Positions 16,989-27,190 of a DNA stretch of 49,194 bases are shown in pieces. Numbering within the stretch: position 1 is the first letter of the stretch; each line of letters opens with the position of its first letter. The translations under genes were made by a program, and so were the position numbers. The DNA is from a virus (taxonomy: Duplodnaviria; Caudoviricetes). Below the pieces are notes generated by a model. That model searched no databases and was not told where the DNA came from. It was given only the letters and a program-made list of their open reading frames with translations. The DNA is taken from positions 1-49,194 of the IMG/VR virus record IMGVR_UViG_3300032318_001844; one strand, 5' to 3'.

Positions 16989-17269
16989 GCATCACGGCGA
17001 GCGTCTCGGGATCACCGATCACGGCAAGCGTGACCGAAAGCGGCGCGAGCGTCGCAGTGTCGCCCGTGGCGATCTCGGCGACCGTGCTCGCGGGCATCGG
17101 GCCGCAGGGACCGGCTGGCGCTGGCGGGCAAACGGGCAGCGCGACAAGCCTTGCCGAGCTCGCCGACGTGCAACTGACCGCAGCCGCCGAAGGAGACGTG
17201 CTTCGATACAACGGCTCGAAGTGGGCCGACTACGCCGAGATTCAACTCACCGATGGAGGGAACTTCTGA
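16985..17269 (+). CDS. Short fibre/adaptor protein with collagen-like segment
   Basis: GPQGPAG, LADV....EGDVLRYNGSKW, C-terminal DGGNF. Confidence 0.65.
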   Translation: MSITASVSGSPITASVTESGASVAVSPVAISATVLAGIGPQGPAGAGGQTGSATSLAELADVQLTAAAEGDVLRYNGSKWADYAEIQLTDGGNF

Positions 17270-18345
17270 TGCCCAACACAATCCGCATCAAGCGTCGCGC
17301 GTCGTCCGGTGGTGCCGGAGCGCCGTCGTCGCTCGCGAACGCCGAGCTCGCGTTCAATGAAAACTCGAACATCCTCTACTACGGCACGGGCACCGGCGGT
17401 GCTGGCGGCTCGGCCACGAGCGTCATCGCGATCGGTGGCTCGGGTGCGTTCGTCTCGATCACCGAGGTCCGCGCTGCGAACACGGTCCTCGCTGGCCCGA
17501 CGAGCGGTGCCGCAGCTGCGCCGACGTTCCGGGCGCTGACCTCCGCCGACATCCCGTCGCTCTCGGGCGTCTACATCCCGATGTCGGGCACGGCGACGCC
17601 GACCGGGACGTACACGTTCTCGGGCACGGTCAATGTCACGGGCACGCTCCAGGTCGGCAGCACGACCGTCACGTCCTCGGCCGCCGAACTGAACCTCGTC
17701 GATGGCTCGATCGCGAACACGGTGGTGAACTCGAAGGCTGTCATCTACGGCTCGGCCGGTCAGATCGCAGCGACGACGATCACGACCAGCGGCAACGCGA
17801 CGGTCGGCGGCGATCTGACGGTGACCGGCAACCTCACGGTCAACGGCACGGTCACAACGGTCAACTCGACGACGGTCACGGTGGATGACAAGAACATCGA
17901 GCTCGGGTCGGTCTACTCGCCGACTGACACGACCGCCGACGGTGGCGGCATCACACTCAAGGGCTCGACCGACAAGACGATCCTCTGGGTCAACAGCACC
18001 GACTCGTGGACCTACAACCAGAACATCGAGCTCACTGCCACCTACGCCTACCGCATCGACGCCGTGTCAGTGCTGAGCAAGACGACTCTGGGTTCCACGG
18101 TCGTTTCGTCCTCGCTCACGAGCGTCGGCACGATCGCCACGGGCGTCTGGCAAGGCACTGCGATCGGCGTCGCCTACGGCGGAACCGGGCTCACGTCTGC
18201 ACCGCAGGGCTCAGTGCTCGTGGCGAACACGGCGAACACGTACACCGCGCTTGACGGTGGCGGTACGAACGATGGACTCCTCGCCTACACGGCATCGAGC
18301 GACACGATCGCCTGGGCGACGAGCATCGACGGGGGCACCTTCTGA
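17269..18345 (+). CDS. Fibre protein
   Basis: N-terminal IRIKR..P..L...ELAFN; GDLTVTGNLTVNGT repeats; YGGTG; C-terminal IDGGTF. Confidence 0.75.
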   Translation: MPNTIRIKRRASSGGAGAPSSLANAELAFNENSNILYYGTGTGGAGGSATSVIAIGGSGAFVSITEVRAANTVLAGPTSGAAAAPTFRALTSADIPSLSGVYIPMSGTATPTGTYTFSGTVNVTGTLQVGSTTVTSSAAELNLVDGSIANTVVNSKAVIYGSAGQIAATTITTSGNATVGGDLTVTGNLTVNGTVTTVNSTTVTVDDKNIELGSVYSPTDTTADGGGITLKGSTDKTILWVNSTDSWTYNQNIELTATYAYRIDAVSVLSKTTLGSTVVSSSLTSVGTIATGVWQGTAIGVAYGGTGLTSAPQGSVLVANTANTYTALDGGGTNDGLLAYTASSDTIAWATSIDGGTF

Positions 18346-18347
18346 CG

Positions 18348-20234
18348 ATGCCCACAACAGTCAAGATTCGCCGCAGCGGCACAGCGTCGGCCACGCCGTC
18401 GGCGCTTGAGCACGGCGAGATCGCGATCAACTACGCGGACGGGAAGGTGTTCTGGAAGAACGCCTCGAACGTGATCACGTCGTTCACGTTCCAGAGCTAC
18501 GCGCTCGCCAGCCATACGCACTCGATTTCTGATGTGACGGGCCTGCAAACAGCCCTCGACGGCAAGGCTTCGTCATCGCACACCCACGGCAACATCAGCA
18601 ACGCCGGTGCGATCGGATCGACGGCGGATCAATTCGTCGTCACCACGACGAGCGGCGTGCTCACTGCGGTGTCGGCCGCGACGGCACGCACCACGCTCTC
18701 GGTGCAGCCTACGGCGAGTCCGGCGTTCACTGGTGCGGCGACGTTCGCTGGCAGTGTGCAACTCAACCTTACGAACGCGCCGCTGGACAGCGCAGGAAAC
18801 CTGCGCGTGTTCACTACAGACACGCAGGCAGCAGACAAAGGCGGGCAGATAGGGCTAGGAGGGCAAAACGGTAGCGCAGGGTCTTTTGATCCTTGGTCGT
18901 TCGCTGTCATCAAAGGGGCAAAGGAAAACTCTACCAGCGGGAATCTTGCAGGATATGTGGTGTTCGCCACCGCAAACAGCGGTGGTGTTCTGGGAGAGCG
19001 GCTTCGCATCTCCTCCACCGGCACCGCCACGTTCGCGGGGCAAGTAAGAGTCAACACCGCAGACTCTGCCACTGCGCTGCTGGTCAACGGCGCAACCAGA
19101 GGCGTGCGTTTCAACACCAGCACGGACGGCACGCGAATCGAAGGCGTAGACAACACAGGTGTCGGTTCGTATCAGCCGCTGATCCTCAATGGATCGACGG
19201 TCACCATCCAGAGCAACGGCGGAACGTCCGCTATCACCGTCGGCACAAGCCAGACCGCCACGTTCTCTGGGCAGATTGTCGGACAGGCGGGGGCCGTCCT
19301 CACCGGTACCGTCGCAGGCAACGTCCGTCAACTGCGGATGCAGACCAGCGGCAGCACTCGCTGGGAGGTTGGGCCGGGATTCGACGCTGAGAGCGGCAGC
19401 AACGTCGGGTCCACGTTCTGGATCACGCGATGGTCGGACGCTGGCGTGTTTCTCGGCACGCCGATCGCCATCGCACGGGCGACGGGCGTCGTCACGTTTG
19501 AGTCGCAGGTACTCGTCAACGTAGGCAGCGGCAGCGCCGGCTCGTACAAACCGGGCATGGCGATCAGCGGCGACGACGACACTGGCGTGCAGCAGGTAGG
19601 CGGCGCGAACACGCTGTCGGTTGTGACGGCAGGTAATGAGCGGCTTCGCGTTACCGATAGCCGGGTTTTTATTAACGGCAACGGCGAGCAGTACGGACTT
19701 GGAGTGCGCTACGTTAGCACTGGCGGCGCTGTGCATTTTGGCGCGACAAGCAACAGCGCCAGCCCAGACGCAGCGATTAGTAACGCTGGGGGCGGCACGC
19801 TGATGACGTTTGCCAACGATGGCAAAATCACGGCTTCTGGCGTCTACAACAACACAGTCGGCGGGACGAACAGAGACGTGTTTGTCGATTCCGGCGGCCT
19901 CATCGGCTACGTCTCCTCCATCCGCGAGAGCAAGACCGACATCGTCACGCTGGATGATGTCTCATGGCTTTCGGCGCTCTCGCCAGTCTCGTACCGCTAC
20001 CGAAAGAAGAACGCCGACGGCACGTACAGCGACGAGGCCGACGGCGTCACCGACTACGGTCTGATCGCTGAGGACGTGGAAGCGGTCAAGCCGGAACTCT
20101 GCTTCTACGACGGCGTGGACGGCGAGCCGCAACTGCGTGGCGTCACGTACAGAAAACTCATCACGCCGATGCTGCGGTACATCCAGCAACTGGAAGCACG
20201 CATCGCCGCACTAGAGGAGAGGATCAATGGCTGA
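18348..20234 (+). CDS. Tail fibre/receptor-binding protein with C-terminal intramolecular chaperone (S74)
   Basis: HTH.ISDVTGL repeats, ERLRI repeats, SS.RESKTDI...GLIAEDV and a terminal coiled coil. Confidence 0.85.
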   Translation: MPTTVKIRRSGTASATPSALEHGEIAINYADGKVFWKNASNVITSFTFQSYALASHTHSISDVTGLQTALDGKASSSHTHGNISNAGAIGSTADQFVVTTTSGVLTAVSAATARTTLSVQPTASPAFTGAATFAGSVQLNLTNAPLDSAGNLRVFTTDTQAADKGGQIGLGGQNGSAGSFDPWSFAVIKGAKENSTSGNLAGYVVFATANSGGVLGERLRISSTGTATFAGQVRVNTADSATALLVNGATRGVRFNTSTDGTRIEGVDNTGVGSYQPLILNGSTVTIQSNGGTSAITVGTSQTATFSGQIVGQAGAVLTGTVAGNVRQLRMQTSGSTRWEVGPGFDAESGSNVGSTFWITRWSDAGVFLGTPIAIARATGVVTFESQVLVNVGSGSAGSYKPGMAISGDDDTGVQQVGGANTLSVVTAGNERLRVTDSRVFINGNGEQYGLGVRYVSTGGAVHFGATSNSASPDAAISNAGGGTLMTFANDGKITASGVYNNTVGGTNRDVFVDSGGLIGYVSSIRESKTDIVTLDDVSWLSALSPVSYRYRKKNADGTYSDEADGVTDYGLIAEDVEAVKPELCFYDGVDGEPQLRGVTYRKLITPMLRYIQQLEARIAALEERING

Positions 20235-20541
20235 CATCCCCACGCTCTTTGCATCCGAGCCGCTGTCGATCTCGGCCACGTTCGACAAGTTGTGGGTCCG
20301 CGAGATCGTCATCTCCGCACAGTCAGTCGGCGGCGAAGCCGAGGCCCGCGTGACACTGGTCCGATTCCGCACCACTGAGACCGGCGTCGAAGAGGCACCA
20401 GCCGAGCCGGTGCGGCTGCACGTCCGCGACCTGCTCGCGGGAGCGGAGGCCGACGCGGACCTCGCGGCGGCAGTTGGGGCGTTGATGAACTACGTCGCGA
20501 AGGTGGGCATCGAGCAGGGCGTCGTCGCGGCGGGCGAGTGA
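20227..20541 (+). CDS. Hypothetical protein (possible fibre chaperone)
   Basis: Coupled to the fibre gene; GAGGA RBS. Confidence 0.6.
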   Translation: MADIPTLFASEPLSISATFDKLWVREIVISAQSVGGEAEARVTLVRFRTTETGVEEAPAEPVRLHVRDLLAGAEADADLAAAVGALMNYVAKVGIEQGVVAAGE

Positions 20542-20542
20542 T

Positions 20543-21478
20543 ATGGTCGTCCTGTCGTCGATCCTGCGTCGCGAGGAACCGCAGCGCGAGCGACGCGAGC
20601 GCGTGCCGCTACCCGGCGAGCTCGCCGTCGTCTGCGTGTTCTGGAATCCTGCCGGGTGGCGATCGCTGCGGAGGAACTACCTCCGGTTCTTGCACGAGAT
20701 GCGGTGGTGGGGCGTTCCGACGTTCAATGTGGAGCTCGCCTACGAAGGGCAAGCGTTCACGTGCGACGACGCGTGGCTCCAGGTCCGAGGCGGCGACCGG
20801 AACGTCCTGTGGCAGAAAGAGCGCCTCATCAACCTCGCGGTCGAACGCCTGCCGGATCGGTTCGACAAGATCGCGTGGATCGACGCCGACATGATCTTCC
20901 TCGATCACCAATGGCCCGAGCGACTATGTCGCACGCTCGAAGAGTGGCCCGTAGTGCAGTGCTGGAACGAGTGGCACTGTGCCGGGCCAGACGGGCAGAT
21001 CGAGAGCAAGAAACTGTGCGTCGGGCATCGCTGCGAGCGATACCTGAGCGAACAGAACTGCTGTCCCGGCGGTGCGTGGGCGGCACGACGCGACATCTGG
21101 CCGCTCTACGATCGGCACATCGTCGGCAGTGGAGACTCGATGATGGTCGAGGGCTGGACGAACCACCAAGTGAAGCGATGTCTGCGGTTGATGAATGAGC
21201 CGATGGCGAAGCACTTCCGCGAATGGAGCGACGTGGCGTACGCGAAGGTCCTGGGCGAGATCGCGTGCCTGCCCGGTGACGCGATGCACCTGCATCACGG
21301 GAGCCTCGCCGATCGGCAGTATCACTCCCGCTGGTTCCCGGTCGTGAACGGCGGCTACGACCCGGCAACCCACGTCGAGGTGGACGAGAACGGGCTGCTC
21401 CGCTGGACGGACTCGGCACCGCCGCAACTCGTCGAGTGGGTGCGAGGCTACTTCGCCAGCCGGAACGAGGACGGCTGA
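20543..21478 (+). CDS. Glycosyltransferase-like protein (GT-A)
   Basis: WQKERLINL, AWIDADM DxD, PGGAWAARR, GSGD, HLHHG; adjacent to fcl/gmd. Confidence 0.7.
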   Translation: MVVLSSILRREEPQRERRERVPLPGELAVVCVFWNPAGWRSLRRNYLRFLHEMRWWGVPTFNVELAYEGQAFTCDDAWLQVRGGDRNVLWQKERLINLAVERLPDRFDKIAWIDADMIFLDHQWPERLCRTLEEWPVVQCWNEWHCAGPDGQIESKKLCVGHRCERYLSEQNCCPGGAWAARRDIWPLYDRHIVGSGDSMMVEGWTNHQVKRCLRLMNEPMAKHFREWSDVAYAKVLGEIACLPGDAMHLHHGSLADRQYHSRWFPVVNGGYDPATHVEVDENGLLRWTDSAPPQLVEWVRGYFASRNEDG

Positions 21479-21479
21479 G

Positions 21480-21498
21480 TTGACACGCCTTGCACCAT
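21480..21498 (+). promoter_or_regulatory. Class B motif
   Basis: TTGACA cgccttg CACCAT; ATG 6 nt downstream. Confidence 0.65.
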
Positions 21499-21504
21499 GC
21501 GGGC

Positions 21505-22431
21505 ATGGAACTCTCAGCCAAGCGAATCCTCGTCACGGGCGGTGCCGGGTTTCTCGGCAAGGCAGTCTGTCGCGTGTTGCACGGTCGCGGATGCCGCCAC
21601 GTGATCGTGCCTCGTCGGGTCGCGTGGGACTTGACCACCGAAGATGACGCCGTCGAACTCTTCGACGACGTGCGGCCCGAGGTCGTGCTTCACCTCGCGG
21701 CCGAGGTCGGCGGCATCGGCGCGAACATGGCGACGCCTGGTCGGTTCACGTTCGCGAACCTCGCGATGGGACTGCATGTGATCGAGCAGTGCCGACGGTT
21801 TGAGGTCGAGAAGGTCGTCGTCGTCGGGACCGTGTGCAGTTATCCGCTCAACCCGCCCGTGCCGTTCGTCGAGTCGGATCTCTGGAACGGCTACCCGGAG
21901 GCAACGAACGCGGGATACGGCGTGGCGAAGCGAGCGGTGTACGAACTGCTGCGGCAGTACCACAAGCAGTACGGCCTCCCAGGCGCGGTCGTGATCCCGA
22001 CGAACCTGTACGGGCCACACGATAACTTCGACCCGGTGTCTTCGCATGTGATCCCGGCGATGATCCGGCGATTCTGCCGCACCGATCCGGTCACGCTCTG
22101 GGGGACGGGCTGTGCGTCGCGTGAGTTCCTCCACGTGGACGACGCTGCCGAGGGCATCGTGCGAGCAGCGGAGACGGTGACGACGCCCGATCCGATCAAC
22201 CTGGGCGGCGGCGGCGAAGTGCAGATGCGGAAGTTGGCCGAGATGATCGCGGGCGAGTGCGGCTACATGGGCGTGATTCGCTGGGACTCATCGAAGCCAG
22301 ACGGTCAGCCGAGGCGTGCGGTCGATGCCACGCGAGCCCGCGAGATTCTCGGGTGGACGCCGAAGGTCAGCCTGGAGAACGGCATCGCCGAGACGGTCTC
22401 GTGGTGGAGGGATCAATGCGCGTCGCTCTGA
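21505..22431 (+). CDS. fcl: GDP-L-fucose synthase
   Basis: [56 protein letters not shown]. Confidence 0.93.
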   Translation: MELSAKRILVTGGAGFLGKAVCRVLHGRGCRHVIVPRRVAWDLTTEDDAVELFDDVRPEVVLHLAAEVGGIGANMATPGRFTFANLAMGLHVIEQCRRFEVEKVVVVGTVCSYPLNPPVPFVESDLWNGYPEATNAGYGVAKRAVYELLRQYHKQYGLPGAVVIPTNLYGPHDNFDPVSSHVIPAMIRRFCRTDPVTLWGTGCASREFLHVDDAAEGIVRAAETVTTPDPINLGGGGEVQMRKLAEMIAGECGYMGVIRWDSSKPDGQPRRAVDATRAREILGWTPKVSLENGIAETVSWWRDQCASL

Positions 22432-23384
22432 TCACCGGCATCACCGGGCAGGACGGCTCCTATCTCGCTGAGCTCCTGCTCGCGAAGGGCTATATCGTCC
22501 ACGGCATCGTGCGACGGTCCAGCACGTTCGGCACGCAGCGGATCGAGCACATCTTCAATCGGCTGAACCTGCACTACGGCGACGTGACCGACGGCGGCGC
22601 GATGGCACGGCTCGTCGCCGAGATCGAGCCCGACGAGCTCTACAACCTCGCGGCACAGTCGCACGTGCGGGTGTCGTTCGACCAGCCCGCGTACACGGCG
22701 GAAGCGGTCGGCATCGGAGCGCTCAACGTCCTCGAAGCAGCCCGCGTCGTGCCTGGGTGCCGTGTCTATCAAGCGTCCTCCTCCGAGATGTACGGGCAGG
22801 TCGCCGAGACGCCCCAGCGGGAGACGACGCCGTTTCGCCCACGGTCGCCGTACGGCGTGGCGAAGGTCTACGCTCACTGGATCACGGTGAACTACCGCGA
22901 GAGCTACGGGATGCACGCATCGTGCGGCATCCTGTTCAATCACGAGAGCCCGAGGCGGGGCGAGACGTTCGTGACCCGCAAGATCACGCGGGCAGCGGCA
23001 CGCATCGCCAGCGGCATCCCCGAGACGCTGTACCTGGGCAACCTCGACGCCCGGCGTGATTGGGGCCACGCAGCGGACTACGTCGAGGCCATGTGGCTGA
23101 TGCTCCAAGAGGACGACCCTGACGACTACGTCATCGCGACCGGCGAGACGCACAGCGTGCGGGAGTTCTGCGAGCGGGCGTTCGCCCACGTGGGGCTGGA
23201 CTACCGCGACCACGTGGAGATCGACCCGCGCTACTACCGACCGGCCGAGGTGGATCTGCTCCAGGGCGACGCGAGCAAGGCACGCAGGCAGTTGGGCTGG
23301 GTGCCGAGGGTGACGTTCGACGGGCTGGTGGCGGGCATGATGGACGCGGAACTGCAAGAGATGCGGGGGCGCGTGGTAGCGTGA
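22416..23384 (+). CDS. gmd: GDP-mannose 4,6-dehydratase
   Basis: [55 protein letters not shown]. Confidence 0.96.
   Translation: MRVALITGITGQDGSYLAELLLAKGYIVHGIVRRSSTFGTQRIEHIFNRLNLHYGDVTDGGAMARLVAEIEPDELYNLAAQSHVRVSFDQPAYTAEAVGIGALNVLEAARVVPGCRVYQASSSEMYGQVAETPQRETTPFRPRSPYGVAKVYAHWITVNYRESYGMHASCGILFNHESPRRGETFVTRKITRAAARIASGIPETLYLGNLDARRDWGHAADYVEAMWLMLQEDDPDDYVIATGETHSVREFCERAFAHVGLDYRDHVEIDPRYYRPAEVDLLQGDASKARRQLGWVPRVTFDGLVAGMMDAELQEMRGRVVA
23350..23382 (+). promoter_or_regulatory. Class A promoter motif
   Basis: AACTGCAAG-N18-TAGCGT; ATG 6 nt downstream. Confidence 0.65.
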
Positions 23385-23388
23385 AGTC

Positions 23389-23730
23389 ATGCCGCAGCGG
23401 ATACCGACGTGCCGCCCTCCTCGGCTCCGCACGCCACGCAAGCCCGAGGCTCGACCCAACGCCTACCAGCGTGGCTACTGCGACGAGCGGCACCGGGCGT
23501 GGCGGATGGCCGTGCTACTGCGTGACGCGTGGACGTGCCGCCGGTGCGGTCGCCTGTGTGCGGACAAGGGTGAGGCCCACGCGGACCATGTGAGCCCTGT
23601 CGTGCATGGCACTGACCACTGCGAGGATGGACGCAGTCGGTATGACGTGGATGGCGGGCAGTGCCTGTGTCACGCCTGCCACAACACGAAGACGGCCTCG
23701 GAGGCAGATAGGAAAAACAGGTGTACTTAG
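23389..23730 (+). CDS. HNH endonuclease (terminase-associated, HK97 gp74-like)
   Basis: RGY...W...VLLRD..CRRC, ADHV, CLCHACHNTKT; upstream of terminase. Confidence 0.8.
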   Translation: MPQRIPTCRPPRLRTPRKPEARPNAYQRGYCDERHRAWRMAVLLRDAWTCRRCGRLCADKGEAHADHVSPVVHGTDHCEDGRSRYDVDGGQCLCHACHNTKTASEADRKNRCT

Positions 23731-23761
23731 TACACTAGTGCCGCCCACAAGGAGGTGGCGA

Positions 23762-24931
23762 ATGGCGGTCGTTCTTTTGAGCAGGGATTCGGCTAGGGTT
23801 TTCTTTTGCCATGGGTGCGGAGAAAAGCACTCGTGTGCTTCACATGTCGGAAGATTGCCGAAGTGGTGTAAGGATTGTAGGCGTAAACAAAAGTCCAAGT
23901 CCGAGCGAGGGAGGGTCCGCAAAAAGCACAATCGCTTACACGGCAAGGAATGTGAGCAATGCGGCCTGCATTGGACGCCCAAGCGTCAGTCAACTCGATT
24001 TTGTAGCGCAAGGTGCCGATCGCTCGCTGCCGGATCTAGGGTCGTGTTGCAGTGTGTTTTTTGCGAAAAGGCATTTGAGGTGTGTTCTGCATATGCAGAA
24101 TCTCGGAAGTACTGCTCTCGCGAATGTGGCCAGAAGCACCGCAGTGTCGAGGAGCGTACGTGCGCGGAGTGTGGCCAAGCATTCAAGAGGAGCAGGCACG
24201 CAAGAGACAAGAGGAAGTATTGCGGGCGAAAATGCTACTTTGCCGCAAGGAACGCAGGACGGCAGCCATGGCTTAGGTCAGATGCTCAAAACGAAGCTAT
24301 ATGGCACATTGGTGGACGATGGTTCCGTGCTCCATCGAGAGTGCCAATGAGAGAGATGATGACGAATATGTCGTCATTTCTAGCTAGGGTTGGTGCTCTT
24401 TACGAAAAAGCGTCCCGCCACATGCCAACATGCGAGGTGTGCGGATCTTTCTGCAAGACGCAACAAGCCAGGTTTTGTTCGCCTCGATGCTGCGGCCAAA
24501 GCGTGCATGAGGTAAGTTGTTGCAAGTGCGGATCGCGGGTGAAGCGACGCGGAGTAGGCAGGGTCGGCCTGTGCCATGCTTGCAAGCAGAATGCCAAGCG
24601 AGAGGCGCTTCGGCGCATAAAAGAGACGTGCGGAAAGAACCACCCGAGTCGTGCGAGGCACTACGGCGTTCAGTGCGTTAGGTTTCCTCGCGAGATGATA
24701 TTTGATCGTGACGGATGGAGATGCCAACTGTGCGGCACTGGCGTGTTTAGGAAGACCACATATCGCAAACGGGATGGCAAGATTCATCCACGATCGCCCA
24801 CCGTTGACTGCATTGTGCCCATGAGCAAGGGCGGAAACTACGAGCCGGACAACTGCCAGACTGCGTGCTTCATATGTAATAGCAAGAAGGGCGCAAGGAC
24901 GATCGGACAACTACGCTTGCCTATTGTGTAG
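23762..24931 (+). CDS. HNH endonuclease with multiple zinc-finger repeats (homing-type)
   Basis: Repeated CxxC...F/YCS..C units; C-terminal RDGWRCQLC..TVDCIVPMSKGG..NCQTACFICNSKK; AT-richer; AGGAGG RBS. Confidence 0.82.
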   Translation: MAVVLLSRDSARVFFCHGCGEKHSCASHVGRLPKWCKDCRRKQKSKSERGRVRKKHNRLHGKECEQCGLHWTPKRQSTRFCSARCRSLAAGSRVVLQCVFCEKAFEVCSAYAESRKYCSRECGQKHRSVEERTCAECGQAFKRSRHARDKRKYCGRKCYFAARNAGRQPWLRSDAQNEAIWHIGGRWFRAPSRVPMREMMTNMSSFLARVGALYEKASRHMPTCEVCGSFCKTQQARFCSPRCCGQSVHEVSCCKCGSRVKRRGVGRVGLCHACKQNAKREALRRIKETCGKNHPSRARHYGVQCVRFPREMIFDRDGWRCQLCGTGVFRKTTYRKRDGKIHPRSPTVDCIVPMSKGGNYEPDNCQTACFICNSKKGARTIGQLRLPIV

Positions 24932-25116
24932 GCACGTGATGCCAGGGTGGGGTAACCTTGCCGGGGGTCTGTGTGGAAATCCCGATGTGGCTATGGGTAT
25001 AGGGGAGCGTAGGTAACGCTTGCCAGGTAGGTCTAGCTGCCGTTTCGCCCCCGATCGGCACCGCTGACGCCTAGTCATGCTGCACAATCACGCAGCGCAT
25101 TTTCGGAGCATCAAAA

Positions 25117-25614
25117 ATGGGCAGACGCGGCCCCCGGCCCGAGCCGACGCAACTCAAGATCCTTCGGGGCAACCCCGGCAAGCAGAAGCTCAACGCCGCC
25201 GAGCCGCAGCCGCCGTCCGACGGCGTGACGATGCCGCCGCATCTCGGCGAGGTCGCAGCGGCTCGATGGGCCGAACTCCTGCCGATGCTCCAGGCGACGC
25301 GGGTGATGACGCGAGCCGATGTCGAGGCGCTCGCCCGCTATTGCGACACGTGGGAGTGGTGGCTGGCGGTGCGTGCGAAACTCAAGGCCGAGGGCGACAC
25401 GTACCCGATCCTGAACGACGGCGGCGAGGTGAAGTACATCGCTCAGCGGCCCGAGGTGAGCATTGCCCACAAACTCTCGCAGCAGTTGCGGCAACTGGAG
25501 TCCGACTTCGGTCTCTCGCCTGCGGCCCGAGCGTCGCTGAAGGTGGAATCGGATGCCAAGGCGGAAAGCGCCATCGAAAAGTTCAGGGCGATCAAGGCTT
25601 CCCGCAAGGCGTGA
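25117..25614 (+). CDS. terS: Terminase small subunit, P27 family
   Basis: MGRRGPRPEPT.LK.LRGNPGK, FGLSPAAR. Confidence 0.9.
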   Translation: MGRRGPRPEPTQLKILRGNPGKQKLNAAEPQPPSDGVTMPPHLGEVAAARWAELLPMLQATRVMTRADVEALARYCDTWEWWLAVRAKLKAEGDTYPILNDGGEVKYIAQRPEVSIAHKLSQQLRQLESDFGLSPAARASLKVESDAKAESAIEKFRAIKASRKA

Positions 25615-27190
25615 GCCTGAGCGCGTCGATGGCTACACCTACGATCAAGACGCTGCCGACCTCGTCGTCCGGTTCTTAGAGTCGGTCTGCTGCCACACCA
25701 AAGACAGCCCGACCGCGAAGGCCGGTGAGCCGATGCGTCTGCTCGACTGGCACAAGCACGACGTGATCGAGCCACTCTACGGCTGGCGTGTCGCGGGCGA
25801 GGACACCCGACGCTATCGGCTCGCGTACCTGGAGGTGCCCAAGAAAAATGCGAAATCCACCTTGCTTTCGGCGCTCTCGATTTGGCACTTGATCATGGAG
25901 GGCGAAGGTGAGCTCGGGTGCATCGCGGCGAAGGATCGCAACCAAGCCGCGATCATCTTCGACGAGACGGCTGCGATGGTGACGCGGTCGCCAGAACTCG
26001 CGGCGACGCTGGAGGTGATCGACTCCCGCAAGACGATTTTCTGTCGCTCGACCGGCTCGAGCATGCGGGTGATCTCGCGAGACGCCGGTGCGGCGGAAGG
26101 CCCGTCCTACTCGTTCGTCTTCTGCGACGAACTGCATGCGTGGCCCGACAGAAAGCTATTCGAGGCGCTCCGCTACTCGGGCCGCTCCAGGCGCGCCCCG
26201 CTACTCGCGACGATAACTACTGCCGGCGATCGCCGCGACACGATCTGCTGGGAGCAGCACGAGTACGCCGAGCAAGTGATCGCCGACCCGAACTACGATC
26301 CCCGGTTCTACGGGCGGATCTACGGTGCCAAGACGGACGGCACCGATGACTACTTCGACCCGGCGGTGTGGCGTCGCGTGAATCCCGGCATGGGCATCAC
26401 GATGACCGAGGAGTCGTTCGCCGCCGACGCCCAGGAGGCGAAGAACAAGGCCACAAAATTGAACGGCTGGCTCAGGTATTCCTTGGGAGTTTGGACCGAG
26501 TCAACGAATAGGTGGCTGGACCCTGACAAGTGGGCCGCGTGTGCCAGCGGTCCACGCGAGCCCTTCGCCGGTCGGAAGTGCATCATCGGGATGGACCTCT
26601 CGAAGACGACAGACCTCTCGGCGATGGTCGCCCTGTACCCGTGCGAGGGCGACGAGTTCGAGGTCGATGCGATGTTCTGGGCTCCCCGCGATCTCATCAT
26701 GGAGCGGGAGCGAACCGATCGCCAACCGTTCTCCCACTGGGTGAGTTCTGGGTACATCACGGCGACAGACGGCAACATCATCGACCACTCGAAGATCCGC
26801 GAGTACGTGCTGGAGTACGCGAAAACCCACGAGCTTGAGCACGTCTACATGGACTTGACCGGGGCGGTGCAGCTTGCCGTGGAACTGCAAGGGGCGGGGC
26901 TGCGCGTGTCAGGATGGAGCCAAGGTTTTCGCGGGATGTCGTCGCCGACGCGCCGCCTGGAGTCGCTCGTGTTGCAGCAGCGCCTGCGGCATGGCGGCAA
27001 TCCGGTGCTCTCGTGGATGGCCGCGAACGTGACAGTGGAGACGAACGCCTACGAAGACGTGCGGCCGGTGAAGAAGAAAAGCACGGGACGCATCGACGGC
27101 ATCGTGGCTCTCATCTTCGCCCTCGGCGGTTGGGAGTCTGACCAAATCACGAACAAGCCTGGATCCGAACCCTCCATCCTCTTCCTATGA
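25553..27190 (+). CDS. terL: Terminase large subunit
   Basis: VPKKNAKS Walker A, FCDELH Walker B, ITTAG, GMDLS..DL, RIDGIVA. Confidence 0.95.
   Translation: MPRRKAPSKSSGRSRLPARREPERVDGYTYDQDAADLVVRFLESVCCHTKDSPTAKAGEPMRLLDWHKHDVIEPLYGWRVAGEDTRRYRLAYLEVPKKNAKSTLLSALSIWHLIMEGEGELGCIAAKDRNQAAIIFDETAAMVTRSPELAATLEVIDSRKTIFCRSTGSSMRVISRDAGAAEGPSYSFVFCDELHAWPDRKLFEALRYSGRSRRAPLLATITTAGDRRDTICWEQHEYAEQVIADPNYDPRFYGRIYGAKTDGTDDYFDPAVWRRVNPGMGITMTEESFAADAQEAKNKATKLNGWLRYSLGVWTESTNRWLDPDKWAACASGPREPFAGRKCIIGMDLSKTTDLSAMVALYPCEGDEFEVDAMFWAPRDLIMERERTDRQPFSHWVSSGYITATDGNIIDHSKIREYVLEYAKTHELEHVYMDLTGAVQLAVELQGAGLRVSGWSQGFRGMSSPTRRLESLVLQQRLRHGGNPVLSWMAANVTVETNAYEDVRPVKKKSTGRIDGIVALIFALGGWESDQITNKPGSEPSILFL
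26883..26915 (+). promoter_or_regulatory. Class A promoter motif inside terL, upstream of portal
   Basis: AACTGCAAGG-N17-CAGGAT with upstream TG. Confidence 0.5.
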
